The notes under the pieces were generated by a model. The model worked only from the letters and a program-made list of their open reading frames with translations. It was not told the DNA's origin and searched no databases. The position numbers and the translations under genes were made by a program. This document shows positions 1 to 12,965 of a DNA stretch of 64,000 bases, piece after piece. How positions within the stretch are numbered: the stretch's first letter is position 1; every line of letters begins with the position of its first letter. The stretch comes from Saccostrea cucullata (Eukaryota), in NCBI RefSeq assembly GCF_032062105.1, contig NW_026937256.1, positions 620,001 to 684,000 on the forward strand. The letters are read 5' to 3'.

Positions 1-1332
1 TTTAGTTCCGCTACTTCTTCCTCCCTTTCTAACAGCTGATCTCGTAGCTGGTTGACCTCTTTTGACAAACTGGCAAATTCCTGCTGTAAAAAAAGTGAAA
101 AGTTCAACTGACATGTTACATTTTCAACTCATTTTAAGTTTGGTTTTTGTCCAATACAGTTTGTATAACTCATTATTTTTTCTAAGAAGTACTGTCATCA
201 TGATTATAAAAATGAAAAGACGTCTTTAAAAATATATATTTTTTTTGATTTATCAAATTAACTGACAAATATCAGTATATTATAAGTTGTGTTTAGTACA
301 CAATCAGGCAAAAATAAAAGGCACTACTTTTAAATAAAAGTATATGTCACATTTTTTATCCCAAGTATCAAACTTCTAGTTTGAAAGCAACATACAATGC
401 TCTCTTTTTCAATATGTAAAAAGAAAAATTATGTTAAAGGCAAAATTTAATTTAATAGAAAATATTTTTGCAAAATTCGAGTTCACTGCATTCGCAAAAA
501 TATTTTTCTTGAAAATAAATTCATAAGAAAATCAGTCATTCGCAAAATTTAGAAATAAAAATTAATCAACAGCATTTTGACCCGATTATAAAATGAAATT
601 TCAGATTTTCTCAATTATCAAGAAGAGTATTTTACTACAGAATACTATCTGCTCCCATTTTTAACATACCTCATTCACAAATTTTGTATCAATAGACAAG
701 ATAGATAATGTGAATGACAGATATTATCTACCTTTAAAGAAAATTTACATGGTCTCAAATTTAAAGTACTAAACTAAACATTTTACAGATATTTGTGCAA
801 GTCATATTTCTGGAAGTCAGACCAAAAGAGAATTCTTAAAATAAAATATTAGGATTGACTGTGTACATAAAGCTTTTTATGGTACTATACTTTCTGAACA
901 TTGTTTGTTTTTGTATACCGGTGGACATTTAAAACCCACAACACACAGGTGACATAACTGACTATCAGTACATCCCGAGGCTGCTTAATGTATTTAAAAT
1001 GGCGTCTGATTTATTCGGAATCCCCAACCGATGATGTCAGTGTTGGCTGCATCATAAAATAGGCAACCCCCCTGACCTCAGGGGACAAATACCTGAGGTG
1101 TAGTGGTCTGATATTGGCCCTGTAGGGCGTCTCGTTCTTTTTCCACGTCGGCGAGTTTCTGCTGGGTTAACGTTAATGTGTCCTGAGTCTCGCGAAGTGT
1201 TTCCATCAATTTATCTCTCTCATCCAACATGTTCACCATCAGCTGCTCGAAGTTAGCCTCATCTTGCGAACTCTGAGACTCCCGGTCATTAGAACCGGAC
1301 TCAGAAATCGTAGGCATCACGTCGCACATCAT
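1..1332 (-). CDS. PPFIA: Liprin-alpha, first two coding exons (1332-1093 and 80-<1); gene runs off the left edge
   Basis: MMCDVMPTISE...ANFEQLMVNMLDERDKLMETLRETQ is the conserved liprin-alpha N-terminus. Donor CAG|GTATTT at 1093/1092. The next exon after tacagCAG| reads EFASLSKEVNQLRDQLLEREEEVAELK, matching the liprin-alpha coiled coil in phase 0. Confidence 0.93.
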
Positions 1333-1710
1333 ATTGATGATTTTACATTAGTCATCAACGACATGAACCCCAAAACAACATTGTTTATGATAGCATCCCG
1401 TGTAAAATGCCGGCAATACTTCATTCACCTCGAGATTCACAAGAAAATTGATCACTCTGCCTATCTAAAATGAAATGCGCATATTTCCGTTTAAACCTTT
1501 TCACTGAAAACTTATCAAAGTCCTTCATATCAAACGCATTTGAATTTCCTATCAGCATCATTTACATGAATGGGTGCCATCTTTCTTTCAGTCGAAGTGT
1601 GTCATTACCCACAATTCCATTGCAAAAAAATCAAAGGGAAGCAACTCATTTTTTATTTCAACGCTTAGTTTTGTTTTGTTTTCCCAGTTGTTGCTCTTTG
1701 TACATCGTAT

Positions 1711-1848
1711 NNNNNNNNNNNNNNNNNNNNNNNNNNNNNNNNNNNNNNNNNNNNNNNNNNNNNNNNNNNNNNNNNNNNNNNNNNNNNNNNNNNNNNNNNN
1801 NNNNNNNNNNNNNNNNNNNNNNNNNNNNNNNNNNNNNNNNNNNNNNNN
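1711..1848. other. Assembly gap (N run)
   Basis: Run of N bases. Confidence 1.
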
Positions 1849-2892
1849 TTTCAATTATTTGCCTAATATTAAATAAATATTAATTGATTTATTTTCTTTG
1901 AGACATCCTCAAGGCATGATCTTATTTATCTTATTTGATTTTTAAATATTATAAATTATTGAAGTATTCAGGTCATTGTTTTCTTTTATTGTGAAAAAAC
2001 GAGGTGGATAAATAATTAAATAAATAAACAAACAAACAAATAAATAAATATGGACGGGAAAATTTTGTGAAGATAAAGTTTGAAATTAAAGTCTTGATTG
2101 TACTGCTGTTTTTCTTTTCTTTAGATATTGTAACGTATACCCCTGCGTAGGGTTCTTATAGGGAATGAATTTTTCTCTTACTCTATCTGAGTATTTGATC
2201 TAATGATTTAAATATTTACAGTATAATAATTTTTCTTTAACCTATCTAGGTTTTTCTATTGTTTCTTTAATTACAAAATATACAATAAATAAAACAAAAC
2301 AAAACAGATCTACAGCTCCCAGTAAGAAAATTTATTCTTGACACTGGTGCAAACCTATTTACCCTTTACTCTTTTCTTTCTTCGGCTTACCAACAGCCGA
2401 TCGGCATCAGAACTAACTTAATCTCTGAGAGTGGTCTATCATATACCCTTTGGTCTAGTCTATTTCAAGGGATTGCAGGCTATTCTATTTAACCTTGATT
2501 CTTGGTCCTCTTTGGGGTTTTAACTTATCATTACAATATTAAAATGTTTTGAATTTGTAGACGTAAAAAAAGTAAAAAGTCAAACTTTATATGGTTTTAG
2601 TAAAAGAATTGTGTGATTGATGTAACTCCTCACCAAATTCAAGTTAACAACACAAGAGAGTGGTTCCATACCCGAGAAGATCTACACTGCTATTTCAATG
2701 ACCGAGAGAGAGCGAAAATTTTAACTAGTGAATTTCCTCTAAGAAGTTAATAAAAAATTACGAAGCATTTTTTTTTTCAAAGTAGACCAAAAGAGGAACA
2801 CATTAAAAAAAAAAAGTGAGATCCTCTGCTCAATTTATGCCCCTTCTCCTTTTAGGGAGGAGGCCTCGATATGCCCTTCAACAATGAAAGAG

Positions 2893-2959
2893 GGGGAAAC
2901 CCGCATATCAGTTCTATTCCGGTAACCGAAACGACATAGTTTCAAACCGAAACCGGAAG
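2893..2959 (+). promoter_or_regulatory. Putative immune-type promoter: kB-like site, two IRF cores, IRF-ETS composite
   Basis: GGGGAAACCC 2893-2902, AACCGAAAC 2924-2932 and AACCGAAACCGGAAG 2945-2959, lying 45-110 bp upstream of the ATG at 3005. Confidence 0.4.
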
Positions 2960-3004
2960 AACCATCCAAGCAACATTTTTGTTTATTTGGCTTGTATTTT
3001 AATC

Positions 3005-3714
3005 ATGAGTGCTATCAGACTTGTAGGGTTATTGACCGGAAGTGTTGGACTTGTGTGGATATATAGGAAAATCCAAAGCAGACAAGGCATACCAACAGAC
3101 CCGGCATCAACACCTGATGATGCAGAAGGAACCGAAAACGCACCAATCTCCATTCCCAGCCTCTGCGCGAAAACGACCTGGACACCGACGCGTGTCCAGT
3201 GCTGCTGCCAAGTCTGGAATTGCCAAGGGAGTCAATGTTAGACGGAGTTGTTCTTCACGTGGAGGATGACGGCGATCGAAGTAAAGCGAAGAAGTTTTGT
3301 GATTTTGTCAGCACGGATTCAGATTACAGAGTGGGCCTTTATGACGAGCTCGGAATGGGAGAGACACTACTCCGGATTCCTGGTGAAGTGGTGTTCAGTA
3401 AGGCAATATATTTATTTGTTCTTGTTACACCACTGCTGAATCAAGATAATCTGACCCGAATGTTAACTGAACTAGGAATCATCAAATGTTTAGATTCAAA
3501 CCAATTTCGAGTGATACCGATTCTGACAAACAGACACGCAGACAAAAACAAGCCAAGTGAATTGAAAGCATTGAAAGGTGTCCGGTGTTTTTGGTTGGAC
3601 TCGGTCACACCCGGAGAAGACGACCATGATAAACAGAGAACGAAAAATTGTCTAAACCGCTTGTTTCAAGAAGGAAGACGGAAATTTTGCAGAAGCCAAC
3701 TCCTTGATGACTAA
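3005..3714 (+). CDS. Intronless signal-anchor + TIR-domain protein (TICAM/TRIF-like TIR), interrupted by a frameshift between ~3121 and ~3200
   Basis: Frame A from ATG 3005 gives MSAIRLVGLLTGSVGLVWIYRK (hydrophobic anchor) plus an acidic/Pro linker. Frame B is open 3121-3714: LDGVVLHVEDD (betaA), LYDELGMGETLL (BB-loop-like), SKAIYLFVLVT (betaC), RVIPIL (betaD), PSELKAL. AATAAA at 4242. Confidence 0.65.
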
Positions 3715-5303
3715 AACTGTCACTACCAACTACCAGGCTCTGTGATGACCAGAACCTTTTGCAGGACAGACGGTTGAAGTTGTCCAGGGGTTGTATTTAC
3801 CGAAAAATTGACTCAATTCAGTCAACCCGACTGAAGTAAGTGCCATTTATGGTGACCATGCAGAGTCTGCTGTTTATCAGATGATTTAAATACGGTGCTA
3901 ACCTGAAGGTTGAACGCAACTCACGTCAACCAGAAAATGATAATGCCAGAACTTGGCAGAAATTGGCGTCCTATGCATGCACAAAACCAGAGAATAGTGC
4001 AACATTTGTGAATTGTGAGAACCTTAATTTTATAACTAATAGAAAGACAGTAATGGTAGTTTTTATGCTCAATCCAAGTGTCTTGTGTCGTTGTGAAAAT
4101 TGATGAATAGTTTACCGTTGGAAAGGTCATTAAGTTGTGAAAAGATTTTATCTTGCAGCAGTCACATTTTAAATATTGAATTGATATGTTTGAACCTTTG
4201 TACTTTTGTGCACAAGGCATGACTTGTAATATTCTGAGTGAAATAAAGCATGATGGCATATCCAAATTTGTTTAAAATGCTTTTTGAATCGGCTAAAAAA
4301 AGATTATTTCATTTAATTCAAAGAAATATTGCCAAAGAATAGGTGGTGAGATTATTCCTGCAAAGAAATATTTCTATAAGTTATCCGAAATATTCAGAAA
4401 AAATGCAGTGTCACCCCTTGGTAGTCTATGGAGGGGGGTTAGTATTTGTCGAATGCTTTTAATATACATTAGTTTAAAGATTCTACTCAGGACCAGTTAG
4501 AGTTCAAGAACAATGTTTCTCACTATGAAAAAAAAACTTAGACAACATTTCAAATGTCAAGTAAAGATGTTTCTTGAATATTGGTAATTCAAGTTTATTC
4601 TTGAAAGAAATTGCTCCAAATTGTGTGTACAGGAGTTACCGACCTTATATTTCTCTCCAGTATTCTGTGTACAGAAGTTACCGGCATTAAGCTTGTATTG
4701 TAGTTCTCTTTTGCATTATTTGAATGATGGTCAGTCAGATAATTAGCCTCAAGAGACAGCAGCCTAAAATTCAATCAGACACAGCGACTTCCAATTATTT
4801 TTTCTCAGAAATATCCACGTTTTATCAGAGGATAATAGTTCCTGTCTTTCGTTTGTCGGCTCGGTATATTCCAGTATACAGTATACCGGTAAACTCGAAT
4901 TTAAGTAAAGGACATCACAGAGTCGTCCACATCTGTTTCATATGTTACACAAACTCAAATATAACAAATGTAGGCACGTTAGGATCAAAACACCCATTAA
5001 TCTTTTGTAAAGATAGAAAAAACATCCGTTTTATATCGAATTCTATTATATCCTAATTCTTAAAACAAAAATTCAGTGTAAAAGTCAGTATAATTTTAAT
5101 TCTTCCTTGATAAACATGGTTTTGGTGCAAAGTGTTGTCGAGTAGGTGTGTGCTCCTACAAATTAAGAATTCAACAACCTTTGTTTTTACAAAATATCTT
5201 TTACTTCCTCTGTGAACTTCTTTCTGTGTTTCATTGAAAAAAGAACATGAAGGTAATCATTGTATTTTGTTCCGTCGCTGTTAAAAAAGGCCCTTACTAA
5301 ACA

Positions 5304-6628
5304 TGGTAAGTCACTCGCAGATGTCAAGACAGTCCTAACCTATACCTGGTAAGTCACTCTCAGATATCAAGGCAGTCCTAACCTATACCTGGTAAGTCAC
5401 TCTCAGATATCAAGACAGTCCTAACCTATACCTGGTAAGTCACACTCAGATATATAGACAGTCCTAACCTATACCTGGTAAGTCACTCTCAGATATCAAG
5501 ACAGTCCTAACCTATACCTGGTAAGTCACTCTCAGATATCAAGACAGGCCTAACCTATACCCGGTAGGTCACTCTCAGATATCAAGACAATCATAGATTA
5601 TTAGATTATACCTGGTAGGTCACCCTCAGATATCAAGAAAGTCCTGACCTATACCTGGTAAGTCACTCTAGGATATCAAGACAGTCCTAACCTATACCTG
5701 GTAAGTCACTCTCAGATATCAAGACAGTCCTAACTTATACAGGGTAGGTCACTCTCAGATATCAAGACAGTCCTAATCTATACCTGGTAGGTCACTCTCA
5801 GATATCAAGACAGTCCTAACCTATACCTGGTAGGTCACTCTCAGATATCAAGACAGTCCTAACTTATACCTGGTAGGTCACTCTCAGATATCAAGACAGT
5901 CCTAACCTTTACCTGGTAAGTCACTCTCAGATATCAAGACAGTCCTAACCTATACTTGATAAGTCACTCTCAGATATCAAGATAGGCCTAACCTATACCC
6001 GGTAGGTCACTCTCAGATATCAAGACAGTCCGAGATTATACCTGGTAGGTCACCCTCAGATATCAAGAAAGTCCTGACCTATACCTGGTAAGTCACTCTA
6101 GAATACCTGGTAAGTCACTCTAGGATATCAAGACAGTCCTTACCTATACCTGATAAGTCAGACACAGCGACTACCTGGTAGGTCACACTATGATATCAAG
6201 ATAGTCCTAACCTATACCTGGTAGGTCACTCTCAAATATCAAGACAGTCCTAACCTACACCTGGTAAGTCACTCTTAGATATCAAGACAGTCCTAACCTA
6301 TAATTGGTAAGTCACTCTCAGATATCAAGACAGTCCTAACCTACACCTGGTAAGTCACTCTTAGATATCAAGACAGTCCTAACCTATAATTGGTAAGTCA
6401 CTCTCAGATATCAAGACAGTCCTAACCTACACCTGGTAAGTCACTCTTAGATATCAAGACAGTCCTAACCTATAATTGGTAAGTCACTCTCAGATATCAA
6501 GACAGTCTTAACCTTTACCTGGTAGGTCACTCTCAGATGTCAAGACAATCCTAACCTATCGATGGTTAGTTACTCTTAGATTTCAAGACAAATCTAACCT
6601 ATCCATGGGAAGTCACTCTCAGATGTCA
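5304..6628 (+). repeat. 43-bp minisatellite, about 30 copies
   Basis: Unit CCTGGTA(A/G)GTCACTCTCAGATATCAAGACAGTCCTAACCTATA in tandem, with few substitutions and no spacers. Confidence 0.97.
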
Positions 6629-8379
6629 TATATGACATATTTTTTCTCTCATAAATTTGGGTTTACCCGTCCTAATCTTGCCGAACTTTCATACTGTATG
6701 CGTTTAAAAAAATCCTATTCATATACATTTGTATTTATAAATATGCGAAGCAAGTAATTATTCTGATAAATTATTTGCCCCTGGTTACTTAACACTGCAT
6801 GCTTTAGTATGAGAAATGATAAACATTACCTACCTGTACTTCTACTATTTAACATTCTTACGACTCCCAGTGATACTGATCAATAATAAGGAGAACATAA
6901 AAAGATAAATAGTTTATGGCAATGTATACGATATGTTCTTATCGAACTAAGGAAGGGTATCCATTGCAAACACAAAACTATATTTTTCTGTATGTCTACT
7001 GTTAAAGCGCTTGCTCTTTTGCTGGATTGACTTTGGGGTAAGTCTCCATTGTTTTAAATATATATTTCATATATCAAAAGAAGAAACAATTTCTCTCTAT
7101 AGTCCTTTTCCAATACTCAGTCAAGATCATGGCGCCTTCATGTCACCGTGTATAACATCCAGTTATAAACAAATAAGACTTACAAGTATTCAATAATTCT
7201 AGCAATGCACGTGGGCATATGTATAAGGCACCAATTAACACCAAGATGATTTCAGTTGTTTTAGACTGTTACGTTAAAATCTTCCTTCATCTATATAATC
7301 TGCTTCTGGAATTACATATTTTCACGATTAAAACTAATGTCTTTAAAAATTTGACAAAAAAGGTTAGGTCGTGTAGATGATTCAGACTTTTTCCCTGAAG
7401 TCATGTAAGGAGTGTATGTGAATGTTAAAACGAGCAGCCTGGGTTACCTGCCCATTAATACTTTTACGAACATCCCGGTTTAATAACCAAAATAATTTTC
7501 ACATTTATTTCAATAATTTCAGTGTTTTTGCTTCTTTGATTGAATGATTATATGATACGCCTGTTCACTTTACATGCTAAAGGCAATTTTTAAATAACCC
7601 AGACCATTTTTACGACCTAATTTATTTTTACAACTTGACGAAGTTTTGTTGCATGACGACACTCCAGGTAATTTGTAAAAATTCCCAGGCAGCCAAATCT
7701 CTACCCTGTTGGATTTTTCACCGGTAAACATGAAGGTAAGACCATCCTTTATTCTTACAAAACTACACTGAAAGTTTGAAACTTCATTCGATATCACGAT
7801 TTTAACCAAAAGTACAATTTACAGTGTTCATAACAAGGACAGTAAAGAAGGGTTTTGGTGAACATCATTCATGCATTGGTGAATCCCGAATGGAATTCTG
7901 TTTCAACACTTCCTGGTTCTAATCAGAATTTTGTATTTTTTGTTTTCGTCGCATAAAATGTAACGTAACAACATTCTATACGGGTAGCAACTGGCAGCTA
8001 GGCTATAGATATGTGTCATACAGATGTATGTTACACTTTTAAATCGTTAGAACATGTTTTTACTTAAACTAGAATAGTATCGTTTTCCCAGCTCATTCAA
8101 TCAAATATAGGTCTATTTCAACTTTTCGTTGGATTAAAAGTAAACAGACATCAACACTGTTTATGTTTAGGATTGCATTTCAGAGAATATCTCCAGTGTC
8201 CATTCTAATAACTGCATGTATAAAGATTTTCAAAACAAATTTAAATAGACTCATTGCAATGTCTATTCTGAATGCTAATAATATAAAGAACAATAAATTT
8301 ATAAATTTAAAAGGAAGCAATGCATTGTCTAGAATTAATTTAAAACATCTTAAATCAATGCATTATTTTAAATTCTATT

Positions 8380-8660
8380 CTATCGATAATGACCATTGCT
8401 TTATATTCTTCAATTACCATTACCTTATTTTATTCCGTATTCACTATATTGAAATTACTATTTTATTCAATATTCACTAAATTTAAATTACTTTATTTCT
8501 TCATTATTCACTAAATTGAAATTATTTTATTCTCTTTAACATTCACTAAATTACATATACCCAATTTTCTTTAGTATTCACTAAATTACAATTACTATTA
8601 CCATTACCATGGTAATTTAGTAATAACTCAAGAAAATAGTAATTTTAATTTAGTTCAAGT
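8380..8660. repeat. Degenerate AT-rich tandem repeat (ATTCACTAAATT... motif)
   Basis: Recurring attcactaaatt/attactatt units at about 35-bp spacing. Confidence 0.5.
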
Positions 8661-8664
8661 ACTG

Positions 8665-9900
8665 AATGACAATGACAATGATTTATTCTCTTAAATGTAC
8701 AAACATACATTGTAGAGAGGAGGTAGGAAAAGATACAAACACATAGAAAAAGAATATAATACATGTATAATAAACAGTACAAAATATCACGTTAAAGTTC
8801 AAGTCAATTATTTTCATCTAAAAGAGGTAGAGCCGCTTTGGGCCTTATTTGGCCCTGAGAATTTCTGAAATGCAAAACTGCTCAGTTTAGGTTGCAAATG
8901 CTTTATTTATAACTTGGACTGTTGGTGACCACGTATCTATTAATTGTGACGTAAATTCACATCTAGTCAATGCATTATGACGTCATAAAATGCGTCATTT
9001 TCCTCATATCCTGTAAATTCCTTTGAAAATGACCTAAAGTTGAAGCGTTTTTTCAATATTTCATATAGAGCACAACCTCTGATCCAAAATATGCCAATAC
9101 ATAATGAAAGGTCTATTTCAAAAGATCAAAAAACATGTTTAGTTTTTGGATCGTGGGCTGTGCTCATATTTTAATTCTTTGCTGAAGGTAGTCAAATACG
9201 CATATTTCTGCAAATTTCAACAACATTGCAATTTCTCAAAGCCTGTTTTCAAATATTTGGATTCTCAAAACGAAATTTCATTATAGAACATGAAAGCACC
9301 AAGTGTTTAATTATTTTGATATATGAAAATGGAAAGAGGGTGATAATTAATTAATTGATATAAGTACAGGGCCATTTTATGCATAAGATGGCTCTTGCTC
9401 TTTGTTTGACAATTAATAAAAAATTACATAATTTTTTCAATGCTGGACAGTTTGTTGTTGTAAAAAGTTGCTTAAATTTCTCTATATTTGGTCTACATGT
9501 GAGAGAGTTTGAAATATATTTTTACCTAGCCTCTTTAATTTCTTTTTTTGTGCATTCAAAAACATAATGGAATTCATCAACAATCTTATAAAGATCACAT
9601 AAAGTACAAATCCTTTGTTCTCTTGGAAAACCATTCCATCTCCCAGTTTCAATAGGGAGTTTAAAGTTATTACATCTAAATCTACATAACAAAATTGAAA
9701 ATTTTCTAGGTAGATTAACAAGATATCTTTCTGGTTCTAACATTTCTAAATAAATACGGTAATTTACACCCTTTGAAGAGTTAAAAACATTACTTTGCCA
9801 GTTTTGGATATTTTGGTCAACAAGCATTCTTTTTATTTCATTTTTCACCCATGCTACACTGTACATCTGTTGTGTTGTCCATAAATAAGATAATTCCACT
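8665..9900 (-). mobile_element. 5'-truncated CR1/L2-type LINE, 3' end, interrupted by a MITE
   Basis: ORF 9522-9899 contains [23 protein letters not shown]...DEFHYVFEC, the C-terminal region of CR1/L2 ORF2. The 3' end has AATAAA followed by a (CATTGT)n tail near 8665-8690. Confidence 0.8.
8851..9373. mobile_element. Non-autonomous DNA transposon (MITE), 523 bp
   Basis: Termini GGCCCTG...CAGGGCC with an ATTT duplication on both sides (8847-8850, 9374-9377); splits the LINE 3' region. Confidence 0.55.
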
Positions 9901-10394
9901 GAAGAAAATAAAATAATGGTAATGTACTAGTGATTACTGAAGACAGTGAAGTGATGATAACGTAGTGATTACTAGAGAAAATAACATTTATTTTCAATCA
10001 AAGTGAGTATACTTAAACTTGGACAGTGATTTCCATGCTACATATTTACAATATTATAATTATAATGCAGTCTTTTTTTGTTGTTGCATTATATATTAAA
10101 TATATATTATATATACTAAAATTACCTTGAATGAAAGTACTGTAATGCATTATTATTACATTTAGCAATTTTCTAAGTTTGACACTGTATCGCTCAAATT
10201 GTAAATAAAATCAGAGGTTTATAATTACATGTATAACAAGAATCATCTTACTCGTATTTCCATTTTTATTCTTTCATTCATTTTTTAACGCATCTCCAAA
10301 AATAATTTTCAATCCTTTTTTTCCATTGGATTTGAACTGAAAAGTGAAAATAAGAGCAATTTGAGTTTTTTATTCTAATTTGTTTTTATTATAG

Positions 10395-12965
10395 AAGAAA
10401 GATCAGAAGATAAAAAGACACCGTCAAATGCGAAAGGTATTACCTGTACACTCGTATGGATCATGGGGGTGATATAATTATTCATTATCTATGTATCAAC
10501 TTACCAATGAGACTGCAAGGGTACAAGGATTGAGAACAAGAGAAAGCGAGAGAGAATGTGTGATTCAGTTTAGATTTTGACTTAAGTATTTAATGATAAG
10601 ACTGATGTGAATTTCCAGCTTTTATTTTGTATGACCCTAGGGAGTAAAGAAGAGACAGGAAGAAACAGATATTGACCCCGAGAATCCAGAGGAAATCGAG
10701 GTATATTTACATCCATTTTTATTGACCTTCAATTTTGAAAATTTAATTACGATTGTATATCTTTCTAATTTATTTTAAATTGAAAATGGTTTTAATCTTT
10801 TTAAAATGGAATTTATTTTAAAGACGTTGAAATGTTAGTGGTTTTCAGCAGAATAATTAATTTTGCAAAATTCTACTGACAACTTAAGTTTTTGGTCTTA
10901 TAATTTAATCAGTCGCACATTTTGTGACTTCTAATGTAAAACGGGTATACCGTCTATGCCAATGTTATGTGGTGATTCGCAGTTAAGGAATCATAAGAAA
11001 AGTTGGAGAAAGAAACAAAACAAAAGAACTGAATGCTCGTCTAATATTTTTGTACATTATATTTATATACTTTGAACATTTTGGAAATTTGGAAATATAT
11101 CTATATGTAAAATGTTTTGGCGGTCTGTGTTTGCTTCGCTCCTATTTTGTAATGTTTAATGGACTTTTGAGATTGAATCCTGTTCGTTATCTACACGTAT
11201 TATGAAACTATATTTTCGCAGAAACTGAATGATGAACTTAAGTATCTAAAACATTACTTACTAGCATTAAAAACTTTCGATAATGATTACAATATTTTCT
11301 TAGCTGTAGCCTACGAGAACTCTCGGGCTGTTCAGTTACATGTAATTCTTAAAATAAATAATTATAATCTTTTCAATCATCACATACCTTTCTTGAAATT
11401 TCATGTTAAGGGGGCCGACTATAGTTTCCATTGCGCAATATTTCGCGCATCATAGTAAAATGAAGCGTATTTACTGTTTTAATGCAACTTTTTTCACCTA
11501 ATTATTAAAATTAAACAAAATTAAGAAATTATAGATATAAAAATGTAATTACAATTTGATATAACTGATTTTTTAACCGATTTTGCAATTGATAGGTAGG
11601 TTGACGTCGTTGCAGTGTGTTTTTGACGTTATGATAATCTGTAGCTCTTAAAGAAAGGGGTAATAAAAATATTATTAAAGAAAAAGTAATAAACATACGC
11701 TCTTGAAATTTAAAACATGGAAATTTGAGAATATCTACAATATTTGTATTATGTTTTCATTTGAATCCATTGTCTACGTCATATTTTGTAATACTCTATA
11801 AAAATAGTAAAATTTGCTAATTTTTGGCATTTTGAGATGCCCCCTCTGGTAACAAGACGGTAGAATTTTGTGTTTCTTACATATATTGTATAATATAGTA
11901 TTACTCATCAAATATTATAGTTTGAACAAAATGTCTATTGTAGTATTTGTATAATTTGCTTTAAAGTGCTAAAAATTGGCATATTCCTATATAATCCTAT
12001 AGTAAATGTACCTGTATTTTGAGACGGTCCCTCAAAACTACCTGGACGATAGATTTCCCCCAAACTTTGCATGTACACTGATGTTAATGTAAGTTATATA
12101 CAGTATAAAAATGAAGAGTTTCGCTATTGTAGTTTTCACACAATAAAACTATAGTCGGCCCCCTTAAATCAAAACACATAAATTCTCAAGTATTCAAATA
12201 GTTTTATTGTATAGTAATACGAAAAGTCATTTCCTACAGAAGATGCAATGTAAAGAACAATTCAATATTTTTGTCTTGGGAAACTTCCATAAAAAGTAAA
12301 GCTTATTCTCTCTATATATAGACATGCATCCTGACGGAAGACAAAAGATGTCGAAGCCTAGAGAATCTACAACATCACGACGAAGAAAGAAAAGAAATGA
12401 GAAAAATTGTGAGAATGAACAGCATTAGGAAGACTAAGAGCGTGGACGATATTTTACGTGAACAACTCGATGAGGTAACAGAGGTCATGCAGCAAAATAT
12501 CATAAAACTTCGGGATCGGCATGGCAGTCTAGACGATCTTCTTGACAAAGCGAACATACTGACTGGCTCGGTAAGACAAAAACAAACAAACAAACAAACA
12601 ACCCCCACCCCAAAAAAAAATAGGTATTCGTCACATCCGGTGACGTATAACCTTTAAGTCCTCATGCTTTTTTTTTTCAAATTTACACTAAAAAACTTAA
12701 CCTTCTTAAAGAATCTTACTTGTACCAACTGATTGCCTTATCTTTGTAGGCTGTAGAATTCAAGATCGTGAGTAAAAAGGTCAAACAGAAAGAGAAGTTG
12801 AGGATGTGGAAGTATCGTATCCTGGCAGGAGTAGCAGTGGCGGTTGTTTGTGTGGTGTTGTTGGTGGTGGTGTTAGCGGTGGTATTTACACAGCAAGACG
12901 ATAAATCACCACCTCCCAATATTGTGTTGATTTCTAACCTGAGTCGGATTTCTGGCTCCTTATAG
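10395..12965 (+). CDS. Divergent R-SNARE (synaptobrevin/VAMP family); exons 10395-10436, 10641-10700, 12322-12570, 12750-12965; start-codon exon upstream (candidates 7730-7735, 5303-5305, 5247-5252)
   Basis: All junctions are AG/GT and phase 0. SNARE motif LREQLDEVTEVMQQNIIKLRDRHGSLDDLLDKANILTGS|AVEFKIVSKKV keeps the zero-layer Arg and the hydrophobic layers, followed by a basic juxtamembrane segment (WKYR) and a ~25-aa TM helix. AATAAA at ~13503. Confidence 0.85.
11410..12163. mobile_element. Non-autonomous TIR element with TTAA TSD (Kolobok-like termini), 754 bp, in a VAMP intron
   Basis: Perfect 18-bp TIR GGGGGCCGACTATAGTTT / AAACTATAGTCGGCCCCC with TTAA on both sides. Confidence 0.9.

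Noticed and set aside
1470-1883. ORFs of 88-137 aa
   Set aside because: Artefacts of translating through the N gap.
3113-3140. Hammerhead ribozyme core (CTGATGA...CGAAA)
   Set aside because: The intervening bases cannot form stem II and the flanking stems are missing.
3121-3200. Programmed -1 frameshift joining the anchor and TIR frames
   Set aside because: No canonical X XXY YYZ heptamer, only GAAAAC runs; an indel is simpler.
5304-6628. CRISPR-like array
   Set aside because: Units are contiguous with no unique spacers, no cas genes, eukaryotic context.
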